Source: Kudoa neothunni (taxonomy: Eukaryota; Animalia; Cnidaria). From it: a DNA stretch of 64,000 nt. The notes beneath the pieces are model-generated. The model was not told the DNA's origin. It made no database searches and saw nothing but the letters and a program-made list of their open reading frames with translations. The translations under genes were made by a program, and so were the position numbers. The stretch spans positions 8,395,794 through 8,459,793 of the forward strand of contig OZ199838.1 of the NCBI GenBank assembly GCA_964304625.1, in the 5' to 3' direction. Shown in pieces: positions 50,532 through 62,339 of the stretch (the stretch's first letter is position 1; the number at the start of each line of letters is the position of its first letter).

Positions 50532-53500
50532 CAGCAGTGCAGGGATACTACGCACTTATTGGGACGAAACATTTAGGTGCGTAGTACCCCTGTATTACGT
50601 AGTATCCATGTCCGCGCGCCGCTGTGTTTTGTATTTAACAACCATATTTGCCCACCCATATTAATGGTAACTCGTGTATATTTAGGAAAATCAATAGTAA
50701 ATACACAAAAAGGAAATATAAGGTGAATAAACTATAATAAGTCGAACTTTACAGATTTTTTAAAATAATCGGTTATTTTAGCGTTTTTTGGGGAACCGCG
50801 TCTTATGTTGCAAATAGAAAAGTCTAATTTGGTTAATTTTCTAACATAGCTGGGCCATGAACGAAAAAAATTTCCTCAATGTTCGATAACTTCATTAATG
50901 GAACAAATAATGCTAGTTTGTTCATAATTTGCATCAGAATGTGATTCATCCATTGTGTCGACTCCATTATTTATCAAGTTAACACATTCTTCTTCTGGGT
51001 CTCTAACTGAAATAATTTCTTCGTCATCAACACAGTCTCTAAGACGATTTCCTGGTAAATTCCTTCCAAACGAAGGGATGACGTCTGCTGAATCACAGTT
51101 ATTAAAAAAGAATGATTTTTTAAAACAATTTTTTATTTTTTCGTCAGTCGCTAACTGCCATGTTTCTTTAACCTTCTAAAGTCGCCCAAAAAACCATCCT
51201 CGGAGGTCTTTTGGGGTCAATTTGACCCCAGATTATTATTTGCTAAACTAATTACAAAAATTGTTACCAATTCAATTTTCCGATAATTTCGATTTCTATC
51301 GACTAGTTTTTCAGTAAAACAATGTGAAACATAAAAATTAATCCTGTTAAATCTTTTACGTAATTATTCGTAAGCTGTTAGGAAATGATCGTACATGTAA
51401 GTCACTGTTTAATAGCTAATTTATTGTTTAAAATTATAATTTGGGGTCAATTTCTGGGGAAAATATTTTTATTTTAACTTTAGGTAAGCAATAACTTAAT
51501 ACATACACGGAAATAACAATTCTTATTTATTTTCACTTAGGCCGTAATACTTTTTCAGTTGGTTTTGTATCCCAAATTTTAATTCTCACCTCGTGTTAAA
51601 CTCTAACTAAAAAAATGTCGATGAGTGATTGCAGCGAATTCAATAGTGAATTAGAATCATCAGGAAGCGAGCCTGACGACTGCTTTTTGGATTCATCAGT
51701 AGATTCATCCGATTCAATGGAGACAACAGTATTCACAAGCTCAAATCTTAGTAAATCAGGAATTGCATGGGACCCCAAAATACCTCAAACAAAACACACT
51801 TCGGCGGAAAACATTTTGAACCCCCTCCTGGTCCTACCGCATATTGTTACCAACGGATTCACAATATTTTGGACAGTTTTTCCATATTTTTTTCAGAAAC
51901 TATCTGTAAAAAAATACTCGATCGCACAAATCTGTTTGGGAAACATTATTTGAAGGATGACTGGATAGATATGGATTCTATCGAATTGAACGGTTATTTG
52001 GGGATCCTCATTCTATTAGCTCTACACAAGGATCGTGAAGAGCCATTATCTGAATTATTCAGTCTATCAGAAGGTAGGGAGATATACCGAAATATTTTTT
52101 CGAAGACGCGCTTTAAACAAATCACAAGATGTCTCCATTTTGACAATTATTCTACAAGGGCGGAAAGGAAACAAATGGATAAGTTTTGTCCTATACGAGA
52201 ATTATGGGAAATTTGGTCAAGGGAACTTCCGAAGTATTTTTTGCCGAATGAGGATGTGACAATCGATGAACAGTTAATTGCGTTTAGAGGGAGGTGTCCC
52301 TTCAAACAATATATGCCCCTCAAACCGGCAAAATACGGCAACAAATTTTTTCTAGCTGTTGATCCGGCTGAAAAGTATATCATTAATATCTTACCGTACC
52401 TCGGGAAAAATAATAACTCAAACCAACGCAATACAAGAGTTGGGGAAAATATTGTGTAATCACTGTCGGAACCTTTGTTCAACTCTGGGAGGAATACCGT
52501 TGCTGACAACTTTTTTTCCTCGGTTTGCCTTGCGTCTAAACTGTTGGAAAAACGATTAACATATCTTGGAACTGTAAGGCACAATAAGAGAGAGCTCCCT
52601 CCATGTGTTCTTCCGTCTAAAAATAGAAGTCTTTTCAGCACCACATTTGTATTTTTCCAAAAGAACATGCTCACCTCTTATGTGAATAAAAAGAATAAGA
52701 GTGTTATAATTTTGTCTACGGGAACTAATAATGTAAAAATTATGAATGATTCTAATAAAAAGAACCTGAAATTATCACATATTACAACAAAACCAAAGGA
52801 GGGGTCGACACTGTCGATCGTATGTTGGCGTCGGTTTCGACACGTCGATTCACTCGTAGGTGGCCAATGATCGTATTTTTCAATATGATAGATTTGTCAC
52901 TTATAAGTGCGTTCTCATTACATAAAATAATTTTCAATTGCAAATTTAAAAGACGTCGTATATTTTTAAAAGAAATCGCACAAGCTCTCTATCAACCTCT
53001 CATAGATCGTAATTTACAGAAGGGGAAAATTGTCAAAGCAAAATCACCCCATTTATGGACTCCAACCAACACTTTTCAAATCGCCGAAAAAAGAAGTCGA
53101 TGTGAATATTGTCCTCGAGGAACCGATAAAAAACTCAAACCAAATGCTCCTGTTGCAATAAATACTATTGCTCAATTCATTCATCAAAGAAATGAAAGAA
53201 TTGTTAAATTAGTTCGATACTCCGAATAAAATTTTACAAATTTATATAGTTGTTTTTTTTGCATGAGGAATATTTAGTCTTCAATCTATCAACTGAAATA
53301 TTATACGCGAAGTGTTATTTTTTGTACGATAACTTGCGAAGTGGATCCGAGACTACTAGTAAGGCATTAGCACGGATTAAATGTGATATTAATTATTATT
53401 TTACCAAAAAATGAGTCAATAGAATTCAAAATAAACACGTCCCCACTTTTAAAATAATTTTTATAATAATATCATAAAATAAAAACTTGGGGTCAATTTG

Positions 53501-53734
53501 ACCCCAAAAGTCCCCCGAAGATAAAAATTTTTTACATATTATTATTGTGATTATTTTTTCCCCTAATTTTATCATTGTATACTGTACACAAAATTTAGGA
53601 AAATAGATAAGAAATCGAGAAATTTTAAAAAGTGCACAAAGAGTAATAATTGATTATAATTTTACTTTGGGGTCAATTTGACCCCAAAGTCCTCGGAGGG
53701 TTAATCATATACATAGCCTCAAGTAAGTCTAGAG
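50532..53734 (-). mobile_element. pogo/Tigger 3' remnant interrupted by a piggyBac
   Basis: Removing 51172..53700 plus one TTAA restores LDLLEAMYMIKETWQLATDEKIKNCFKKS, a DDE_1 C-terminal motif. The tail reads KITDYFK. Terminus TA|CAGCAGTGCAGGGATACTACGCA. Confidence 0.72.
51172..53700 (+). mobile_element. piggyBac (PGBD4-like), frameshifted transposase 51615..~53210
   Basis: TTAA on both sides. GGGGTCAATTTGACCCC palindromes near 51213, 53489 and 53668. IDEQL, ADNFF, GGVD and CRD motifs. Confidence 0.93.
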
Positions 53735-56700
53735 CAGGGGCCGGGAACCTTTGCGGCCCAAAGAGCCACAAAGGCTATATATTTTTAAATCTAATTCCAT
53801 GAGAGCCATATGCTGTGCTGGAAGAAAAAAACACTAGTGCATACAAGGTGTATTATACGATTACAACCCATTACAAGTACAAAAATCTCCGACTTATATT
53901 TACCAAAATAATATTTTTTTATGTTATAATAAAACAAAATATTTGTAATAATTAATGTGATTTTTGTTTTAGCATTGTTTTGGAGATGGCGTTGTAGTCA
54001 GGTTGGTATTTGGTTAGGTTGATCTTAATGCAGGCATTAAGACATTCATCTGTTAAACGTGAACGTAGGTTGGTTTTACGCTGTTTAAATGTGAGAAGGA
54101 CTGCGAACATGAAAATGTAGAGCCAAACATTGTTAGTATAGCAATACTCACACGCTGGTAATGCGTCGTAATATGTGATAGGAAGCGCGTTCCAAGTTTT
54201 GGCAATCAGCTGATCTGCAGGTTGAAGCCTTCTCATTTCTGCCCACTTGTGTTGACTCGCCAACTCTGCACGCTGCCGTTCAAGTCTTTCTAAATCGTCA
54301 TTCATTATGTTGAACTTATTTACCCATATGTCTGAGGCCTTCAGGTCAACAACTTGTAGTTCAAAATCTCTGATGGAGACACCAGGGATATAACTCAAAT
54401 CAGTACCATCTACTTCACACTCATGTGGATGGGTTATAAACCTAAACAGCCGACAGCGCTCACGAAATTCTTCAAATCGCTCTTTAAATGATTGCATAAG
54501 AGTAGATGTAAAGCCTGCTAGTTGCTGAAGATCAAAATGCTGAGCGGAACCATTTTTTGAGCATGCATCTATGAACTCTCCCAGTTCTTCAAAATGTAAT
54601 AGACGACTTGTTGCAATGCCGGCGACGAAGAGTTCTAGTTTCTTTTCAAATGCAAACACAATTTGTTGCAGGGATAGGATCGTATTTCCAACGTCCTGCA
54701 TTTTTACGTTAAGCTGGTTAAGATGGTCAGTCCATGTCCACTAGATAGTAGAACTTCTGGAGTCACTTGGTGTCAGCTAACTCCGGGATGCTCGACATTT
54801 TTCATTTTAAGAAAAGTCTCAATTTCGCTCAGACAAGCCGCGAAACGACTAAGAACCTTCCCCCCTTGACAGCCAACGCACGCTGCTGTACAAAAGCAGG
54901 TCGCAATAATTATTCTAACTACATCCGGTAGATTCTTAAAATTGGCGATCATTTAATGCTCGAGAAACAATAAAGTTGACCACCCGGATGACCAGCGACA
55001 TCATCTCACCTAACTGTTCGCCCAATATCTGAGCACAAAGCGCTTCCTGGTGTATGACACAATGAAGGTTTAGAATATTTCTCTTTTCATGCTCACAAAG
55101 AAGCGTTACGAATCCTCTGTTTTTACCTACCATACACGGAACACCATCAGTACACACTAAAACAAGTTTATCCATTGGCAAATTTTTTTCCTTGGAGAAA
55201 TCGGTAAACGATTTTAATAAATCTTCCCCTCTTGTAGTCTCTTTCATGGGCAAAACTGCAAGGCTCTCTTCTTGCAATTTGTCACCGACAATATATCTTG
55301 CAATTACGCTAAATTGTGACAAATTACTCATGTCTGTTGGCTCATCCAAAGCCAGAGAGAAAAACGGTGCCGCATTTATGTCTTATAGTTGTGTTGCCTC
55401 AATTTGATTTGCTATCAAGATGGTACGGTCGTGAACAGTTCTAGCCGACAGAGGCATGTCTTTTATTCGTTTGATTATTTTTTGTTTATCCAATAAGTCG
55501 TCAAAAAGTTCAATGGCGACATCAATCATTAACGATCTAACGGTTAAAGTGCAGAACAGGTCGGTGGATTAGCCCTTAATCGCCTTATGAGATTTGCCGC
55601 ATTAATAATAATCCCTAAGTTGCGGGATTTCTGCCAACCTTCAGAATGAACGTCAATGAGTTTGATTTGGAACGTTTTGATATTGATAACATAGATGAAA
55701 TAAATGAGAGAGATATTCCACACTTTCGTCAGAACAAACTAGGGTTCGTAAAGATGATGCAACGTCTCAATTTACTGCCGTCTTTAAAAATGCATTCCTG
55801 TGGGGGTCCAATGGTCTTAATACGAAGAAAAAAATACAGGGATAATTATTGTTTCTATTGCCAAAAATGCAGAAAGGAATCATCGCTACGCTCTGGGACT
55901 TTTTTTGAGAAAGCCAAACTGGATTTAGACCGAATATTCATAATAATTTATTGTTGTCTATAAAAACGATCCCCAAGAAGCGCTCTATCGAGAAGCACGA
56001 TTAGATTCCAATCACACTGCGTGCGATTGGAAAAGTGTTATTCGAGACATTTATGTTAATTATTTTTTGAAAAATTCAATGATGGTAGGCGGTCCTGGCG
56101 TTAATGTCCAAATAGACGCAAGTCTGGTATGTAAATGGAAAGCAAATATTGGGCGTTTGTTGAGAAATCAACAAACATGGATAGTAGGTGGTATCGACAG
56201 TAACGAAAACGTATTTATGGAGCAAACGAAATTCCGAACCGCAATAATATTGGATGATATTATATCTCGCAATGTAATGCCAGGTTCGAATATTGTCACA
56301 GATGGTTGGGATATAATGTTTCTAACAATAATATGTATGCTCATCAAAAGGTGATTCACGAGAGAGAGTTTGTAAATAGGGACGGCTATCATACAAATCG
56401 AATAGAGGGAACTTGGTCCACTTTTAAAAGATTGTATCAAAAGGTTACAAACAAAAAAGAGGAAATGCTAGCATCTTATATTGCGGAATTTATGTTCCAT
56501 TTTGAATTAGAGGGAAACTACTATCACAAACTCTAAAAACAACCAGCGAAATATATACCTTTAGCTAGTTTTTCAATATTTGTTTTCTTCGCTGCATTGG
56601 TGAGACTATGGCCAGATTAATTTATAATCCCGTCTGATCCACCGACTTGTTCTGCACCTTAGCCTTTTATGGATAAATGAATCTATGATACAACGACGTA

Positions 56701-56831
56701 TATGTTTGTCTCATTCTAAAATTACTACGAATCGGATTTCTAATGGCTTTCAACGCATATGCGCGAACGATTATAAAAAAATTTTCTTTTAAGTTATAAT
56801 TTTTTGGAGAGCCATAGGTTCCCGACCCCTG
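53735..56831 (-). mobile_element. hAT Charlie/SPIN-group (GTF2IRD2-like transposase) element, N-terminally deleted
   Basis: TIRs CAGGGGCCGGGAACCT / AGGTTCCCGACCCCTG flanked by GTCTAGAG / TTCTAGAG. Motifs LALDEPTD, CTDGVPCM, HCVIHQEAL, VRWLSRG and KTNLRSRLTD. Confidence 0.93.
55542..56664 (+). mobile_element. Merlin transposon nested in the hAT
   Basis: TIRs GGTTAAAGTGCAGAACAGGTCGGTGGATTAG / CTGATCCACCGACTTGTTCTGCACCTTAGCC. Motifs SLRSGTFFE, VQIDAS, VTDGW and HTNRIEGTWS. No TSD visible. Confidence 0.92.
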
Positions 56832-56839
56832 TTCTAGAG

Positions 56840-57365
56840 GATACAGGCTTTTCATCCATCCATAAATGACCATTTTTGTAAATGAGGGACTCTCCTAATA
56901 CGCTGGTATCTGAATCGAAACTATCTGACTAAAACCCACCATTGTGTAAACAATCTATGTCAGAGCCATCAAAATCCATGAAGCTATCGCTGTATTCACC
57001 GGAAGAAGGCATATTATCGTTTATTGTTGCGCGTGCTCTGTCTGAAGTTTCGCGGAATATTTACTCATTTTTAAAAAATTTACTCTATAGAATTTACTGA
57101 ATTTTTTTCTATAGTTATTTTTTTATGCATGGAATTATTTGATAAAAAAACGTGGGGGTAGATATCTATCCCAGTTTACTTGGAGGGTGTCTTTGCATTA
57201 ACTTTTTTAATATTTATTTAAAAAATTTTATTTCACGTTTATCTAAAGAATTAATAATTATAAAAGATTAGATGGGGTATCAATAAGATCAGATTCCTCT
57301 TAATGTCATAAAAGTGACGACAAAACTCGTTTGGGATAAAAATCTACCCCATTTTACTTAGAAGG
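56840..57365 (-). mobile_element. piggyBac 5' end and acidic N-terminus, truncated by the hAT
   Basis: End GGGATAAAAATCTACCCC...AGAAGG|TTGA and internal palindrome GGGGTAGATATCTATCCC. From ATG 57012: MPSSGEYSDSFMDFDGSD...KNGHLWMDEKPVSSR. Confidence 0.7.
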
Positions 57366-57821
57366 TTGAGAATCCTAGCACCGGAATTATCGGTTATGAC
57401 AACATTCCTCGGAAGGAAATTGTTTGTCCAAACTAGCGATAAGTCGTCACAATGGTTTGAATTACAGCGCAATAAACAACTTAATTACTTATTATGATTA
57501 TTAATTGAAAATAAAACTATTAAATATTATCAAATATCAGATTTAATTACTATAAAATAATGAAAAAGTAATTAAAACTTTTTTGAACCTAATACGCACG
57601 CGTCTAACTCTCTTAACTCCTCGTGATAACCTTAAAAAGTTTGTTGCTTAACATTAAGATTTATAGGCGCTGATATGAGGTTAAATCTCATTCAATATTG
57701 CATTTTTGAGATCATTCCATTTAAAATTAAGCAATATGTAGGTGTATTAAAATTAACGCTAACAGTCGTCTTGCTCCGTGAATCCTAACCATACATTTCG
57801 TGGTTTAACTTTGTTGTGAAG

Positions 57822-58624
57822 ATGGATTTGTGTTCGGAAACATCTAGTTCGCTGCCAGAAAATCAGACATGGTTGAAATATTTTATCTCTCAGAGTGAAA
57901 ATTCATTTTTATGTGAGGTATAATTTCACAAATAGTTACATGTATTCTAAATGTGAGCATTAGGTCGATGAAGACTTTATTAACGATCGATTTAACTTAA
58001 CCGGACTCAATGAATGCGTCGTTGGCTTTCAAAACTACGTCCCAATGCTTTTTGATGATCCCCCTGATTCTGACCTCAGTGATGATAATAGTTCTAGTTA
58101 TGACGCGCTTCCTACCATTTATGGTCTTATACATGCCAGATACATTTTAACGACTGGCGGTCTTCAAAAAATGGTTTCTATCCCATTTTTTATTCCTTTT
58201 GTATTTTTCTTCAAGGCAATCAAATATAAGAACAATGAATTTGGTTGCTGTCCGCGAGTGTTTTGCCGTCAACAAAACATGTTGCCTGTTGGCTTGAGTG
58301 ATACTCTATCACGTTTCAATGTTCAGTTATACTGCCCTCGCTGCAATGATGTTTATTTATGTGATAGCCCAAACGGATCATTACTTGATGGTGCGTATTT
58401 TGGTACAAGCTTCCCACACATGTTTTTCATGACGTTTCCTGAATTGCGACCTAAGCCTGCAACCACCTTCTTTGAACCAAGGTATTTTTTGTTAGAAATA
58501 CTTTAACGAATTGAGTTTAAGGTTATTTGGTTTTAAGCTAAGTCCTAAGGCTGTACCTTTGCAACTGGAGAAAGCTGCTGCCACGCGAGACAACAAAAAA
58601 CGTGTCAACGGTGAAAAGATATGA
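57822..58624 (+). CDS. CSNK2B: Casein kinase II subunit beta (divergent), 4 coding exons
   Basis: WLKYF..FLCE|VDEDFINDRFNLTGL; YGLIHARYILT; zinc finger CPRVFC...LYCPRC; LDGAYFGTSFPHMFFM; FEPR|LFGFKL...EKI*. Confidence 0.95.
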
Positions 58625-59553
58625 TTTCGTCGAAAAATTTTCTAGTGGGCATTTTGTATAAAATACATAGTTTTTTAAAACTTTCTATCGGTGCTTAATT
58701 CAGGCGTTATTTGCGATCATAGGACCTAGTTTTGAGTGACATTTTTTTAATTTAGTCTTTGACTTTGATCTAGTACTGTCTGACATTATTGATCAATTAG
58801 CCGTACTAAGTTAAGGCATTACGTAATGTATATTTTCAAGTTTCAATATAAAGTAACTTTTGATGCCCCCATTTTTGGTTTGTCGATATTTGTACGCGCT
58901 TAAAAATTTTTTCGTCTCTCTCTATATATAAAGTGGTAGTGGCTAGGACAGTGTGTCCCAACCTGGGGTCTTATAACCAACATATGGTTCATGGCAGATT
59001 TCGTGTGGGGCTTGAAAAATTTTTTGACTAATTTAGACGGCGGGGGAAACGCGGAACCATGCCGTATACGATATCCTCAAGATAGAAAATGTTATTTGAA
59101 CTTTTGGGATCAAGTTATATTGATTTAATATAAATACTATATTGAATTAGGTCACATATTGTTGTTTTATGAGTAACAACATATTTCAAGATGGATAACG
59201 GCAAAAACTTAACTCACCATGAGACCTGAAATGATCAACACGTGTTCCGATCTGGCAGTACTCACTCTTTTGTTCGTTTGTTTCTGGTGCCCCAAAAAAT
59301 TTGTTAACTTGAAAAGCTGACACGGATAAGAGTTAGTTTTTCTATCCATTAAACTTTATACACGTAACTATTCACGTATTTCTTGGATTCGTTTAATTTC
59401 ATTACACAGCGGTTTGACTTGATATGTTTTTCAATTTTTTATTATTTAATACCTAAATAAAGCTATTCACAAAATATTTAACTGGAACGAGTATGTTTCA
59501 ACAGTACAATTCATATTAAAATTAGCTAAAAAACTTGAAGATATTTTCAAATA

Positions 59554-62339
59554 TAGTCGAACCTCGACTATCCCGAATTCAATTATCTGGAAATCGTGCT
59601 ATCCAGATGAAATTTTGAATTTTATTGACATTACGTGCCGATAAATGTTCGATTATCCGAAACCTCGGTAATCGGAAACCGGAAGAACTATTTGACCATA
59701 TTTCCGGATAAAAGTACCACCCATCACCGTACGACATATACAATGTGGCATATATACCAACGCAATATTTAAAACAAAAATACAGTCGAGATTGGATACT
59801 GCGTGACTAGATATTGCGTAATTCCAAAATTTCGACGTTATTCTTTTTAGAGAGAAACCTAGTTTTTTTGTATTGTTATTATTTTATCATTTTCTAAACA
59901 TCGCTAACATTAAAATATAAGAAAATTTATTACTTATATAGAAAGTCTCGTTATTGCGTGGAAACTTTTTATTGCGTGGTTTTAGTAACCCATCTATTTA
60001 AAAATAGAAGTGTTTTCTTCATTATTTCCCGTTAAGAACGTAATAATAAAGAGAAGGGAGAAATCATTGATTATTATAATTCGATAAAAATACTGACAGT
60101 TGCGAGAAAATGACAATTTCTAAGTTAGAGTTGAATAATGTGGCAAGCCATTTTGAATATTAATACATTGTCACGTTTAAGTTCATGTAAAAATTGATAG
60201 AATTTGTTCACACGAAGATAAATTCAACATTACGGATATTGAAACTAAAAGGAGGGCACATTTTTCGGGAAAATTAAAAATATAGATGTGAGCTGTATGA
60301 TTAAACAATGGTCGAATGATAATGTTCTGCTGAGATGTGTTATTATCAAAGTTGCTTTATATATTGCAAATAAACAAGAAATTTCGAATTTAAAGTCTAG
60401 TTAAGGGTGGTTTTTAGATTCCACGTCTAAATATGGGATAGCTTTTAATATGTTTCATCGTGAGACTGCGAATACAGGAATTTCATCAACTGACTCATGA
60501 ACTGTTGAAGACACTAATTTGGTTAAGGCATATAATCCTAAAGACTTTATAAACATTGATGAAACTTCCGTTCTTTTGTGAGTAGTTACAAAACATTACT
60601 TGTGTTTTAAAGGATGAAGTCGGAATATAAGGGAAAAAATATCCATAAAAGAATGAATGTTTTACCGTCATTTTTTTTGTAAATTGTGGTAAACTCCCAT
60701 CTGATTAAATGGTAAATTTCAAAATCCTAGACGTTTCAATTGAGTTAAACATCTAAAGCGTGAATATTATTCAAAAAAACACATGTATGATTTGTAGCAT
60801 ATTTATAAATAGAACTAGAAAGTTGAACCAACGAATTATAGATGAGAACAGGAGAGTCTTAATTTTGTTGGATGAACCTCTTTTTCATCCCAAAAATATT
60901 GACTTTTTTAAAATATCGATTTTTTTTTCGTATCAAAAAAACAACTAATATCCTACAAATCTTAATTTAAGCATCATAAAATGCATTAAAAATAAAGCAG
61001 GAATACACTGGCTAAGCATATGGTTTTATGTGAAACTTTTATCATCGAAAAATAAACATTACTAAACTCAATCATGCCATTAATTAAACATCAGGAAAGT
61101 ATCACGCCAGAAATTATATTTAATTATTTTAAAAATCAAAAATGCTTGGTGGTAATATATAAAACTGTAATAAAGAAGTTGAATCAGTTGATAAAACAAG
61201 AAGATTTAAGAAAGATATCCTGAGCTAGAAACAGTTCATAAAGAAATATTTTATGTATACATAATTAATCTTATTAAATGAATTTGAGGTTTACGAAAAT
61301 ATATTTGACGATGATAATGCTGCAACATGTGAGAATCAAAATCATGCGGACTTATTGCTCACAATGGTTAATCTGATGATATCGAACCAATTATTAAATA
61401 AGTCAAAAGTTTAATAAAATAAATAAAAAATATGGTTAACATTTTAATGAAAGTTTTAATTCAAGAGGCTCCATCAATATTGTTTGATTTATATTCCACA
61501 ACGGACAGAGTTTAAAAAATATCAATAGAAAGGTTTCGACATACAAGTCACAAAATTTTTTGACAAAATTTAATAACTCTTCCTTAATTGAACTCTATGT
61601 TATCATTATTTTAATAAAGTTTCTTTGTAGGAATAATCATCAAACGTAAGCACAAGAAAATCGTATTTTACAATGTGACGTGCATGCATAAAACTGGATA
61701 TTGCGTAAAAACTTTTTATTGCGTGGGTTTTTGGGACCAACAAAAAACCACGCAATATCCAATCTCGACTGTAGTTCTAGGTCATATATTAATAAATTTT
61801 CCTTTTAAAACTTGAGTTAAGCATTCAGTTCTTATATAAATTTGTGCTATATCTGAACACATGCCTTTATGTATACTAAACAAACAATAATTATCGATTA
61901 TTTAAAAGAGTAGGTAACTCCTCTGTAGACGTGTAAGAACTGCCATAATTATGTATTGTTTTTCGTTTAGGTCTCCGTATTCATAGTTAATAGATATGTC
62001 AATATTTTTAGTTTGAATGGCAGTAGTTAAAATATTTTACTTAATTGTAATAGCGCAAATAGATAAACGATTCGACAAATTTACTACAACAACTCTCGAT
62101 CAAGTTCGTGACCGCCATTAATATTAAGCAGATTATCGCGGCCGTGATGGATGTCACGATCTCATTTATTACATTAATAAATAGGAAGAATTGTTTAGAA
62201 ATCAAGTAAACAATCAAAATAAGCAAAAATTGTAAATAAGCGCGCGCACATTTATTGTTTATGTTCGATTAACCGGAACCTCGCTATTCGGAAAGAAAAT
62301 CACCGGCCCCAAATTTTCCGTATAATCGAGGTTCGACTG
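59554..62339. mobile_element. pogo/Tigger-like non-autonomous element (outer)
   Basis: TA|TAGTCGAACCTCGACTATCC ... TATAATCGAGGTTCGACTG|TA termini with sub-terminal TCGATTATCCGAA-like repeats. Confidence 0.8.
59783..61771 (+). mobile_element. pogo/Tigger element (inner) with decayed transposase
   Basis: TA|CAGTCGAGATTGGATACTGCGTG ... CACGCAATATCCAATCTCGACTG|TA termini. Remnants YNPKDFINIDET (~60530) and NRRVLILLD (~60850). Confidence 0.82.

Noticed and set aside
52147-52674. 175-aa antisense ORF (and similar shadow ORFs such as 7405..7719, 32698..32928 and 56168..56440)
   Set aside because: They lie opposite transposase or host exons and have no recognisable motifs, as expected for shadow ORFs.
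51213-53685. Repeated palindromes resembling CRISPR repeats or operators
   Set aside because: They are not regularly spaced, and they sit at piggyBac terminal and sub-terminal positions.
53952-55349. Domesticated GTF2IRD2/ZBED-like host gene
   Set aside because: It has frameshifts, stop codons, TIRs and a Merlin insertion, which indicate a dead transposon.
58914-59075. Possible Helitron 5' end TCTCTATATATAAAG and nearby hAT-like CAGTGTGTCCCAACC
   Set aside because: No convincing partner termini were found, so it is too fragmentary to call.
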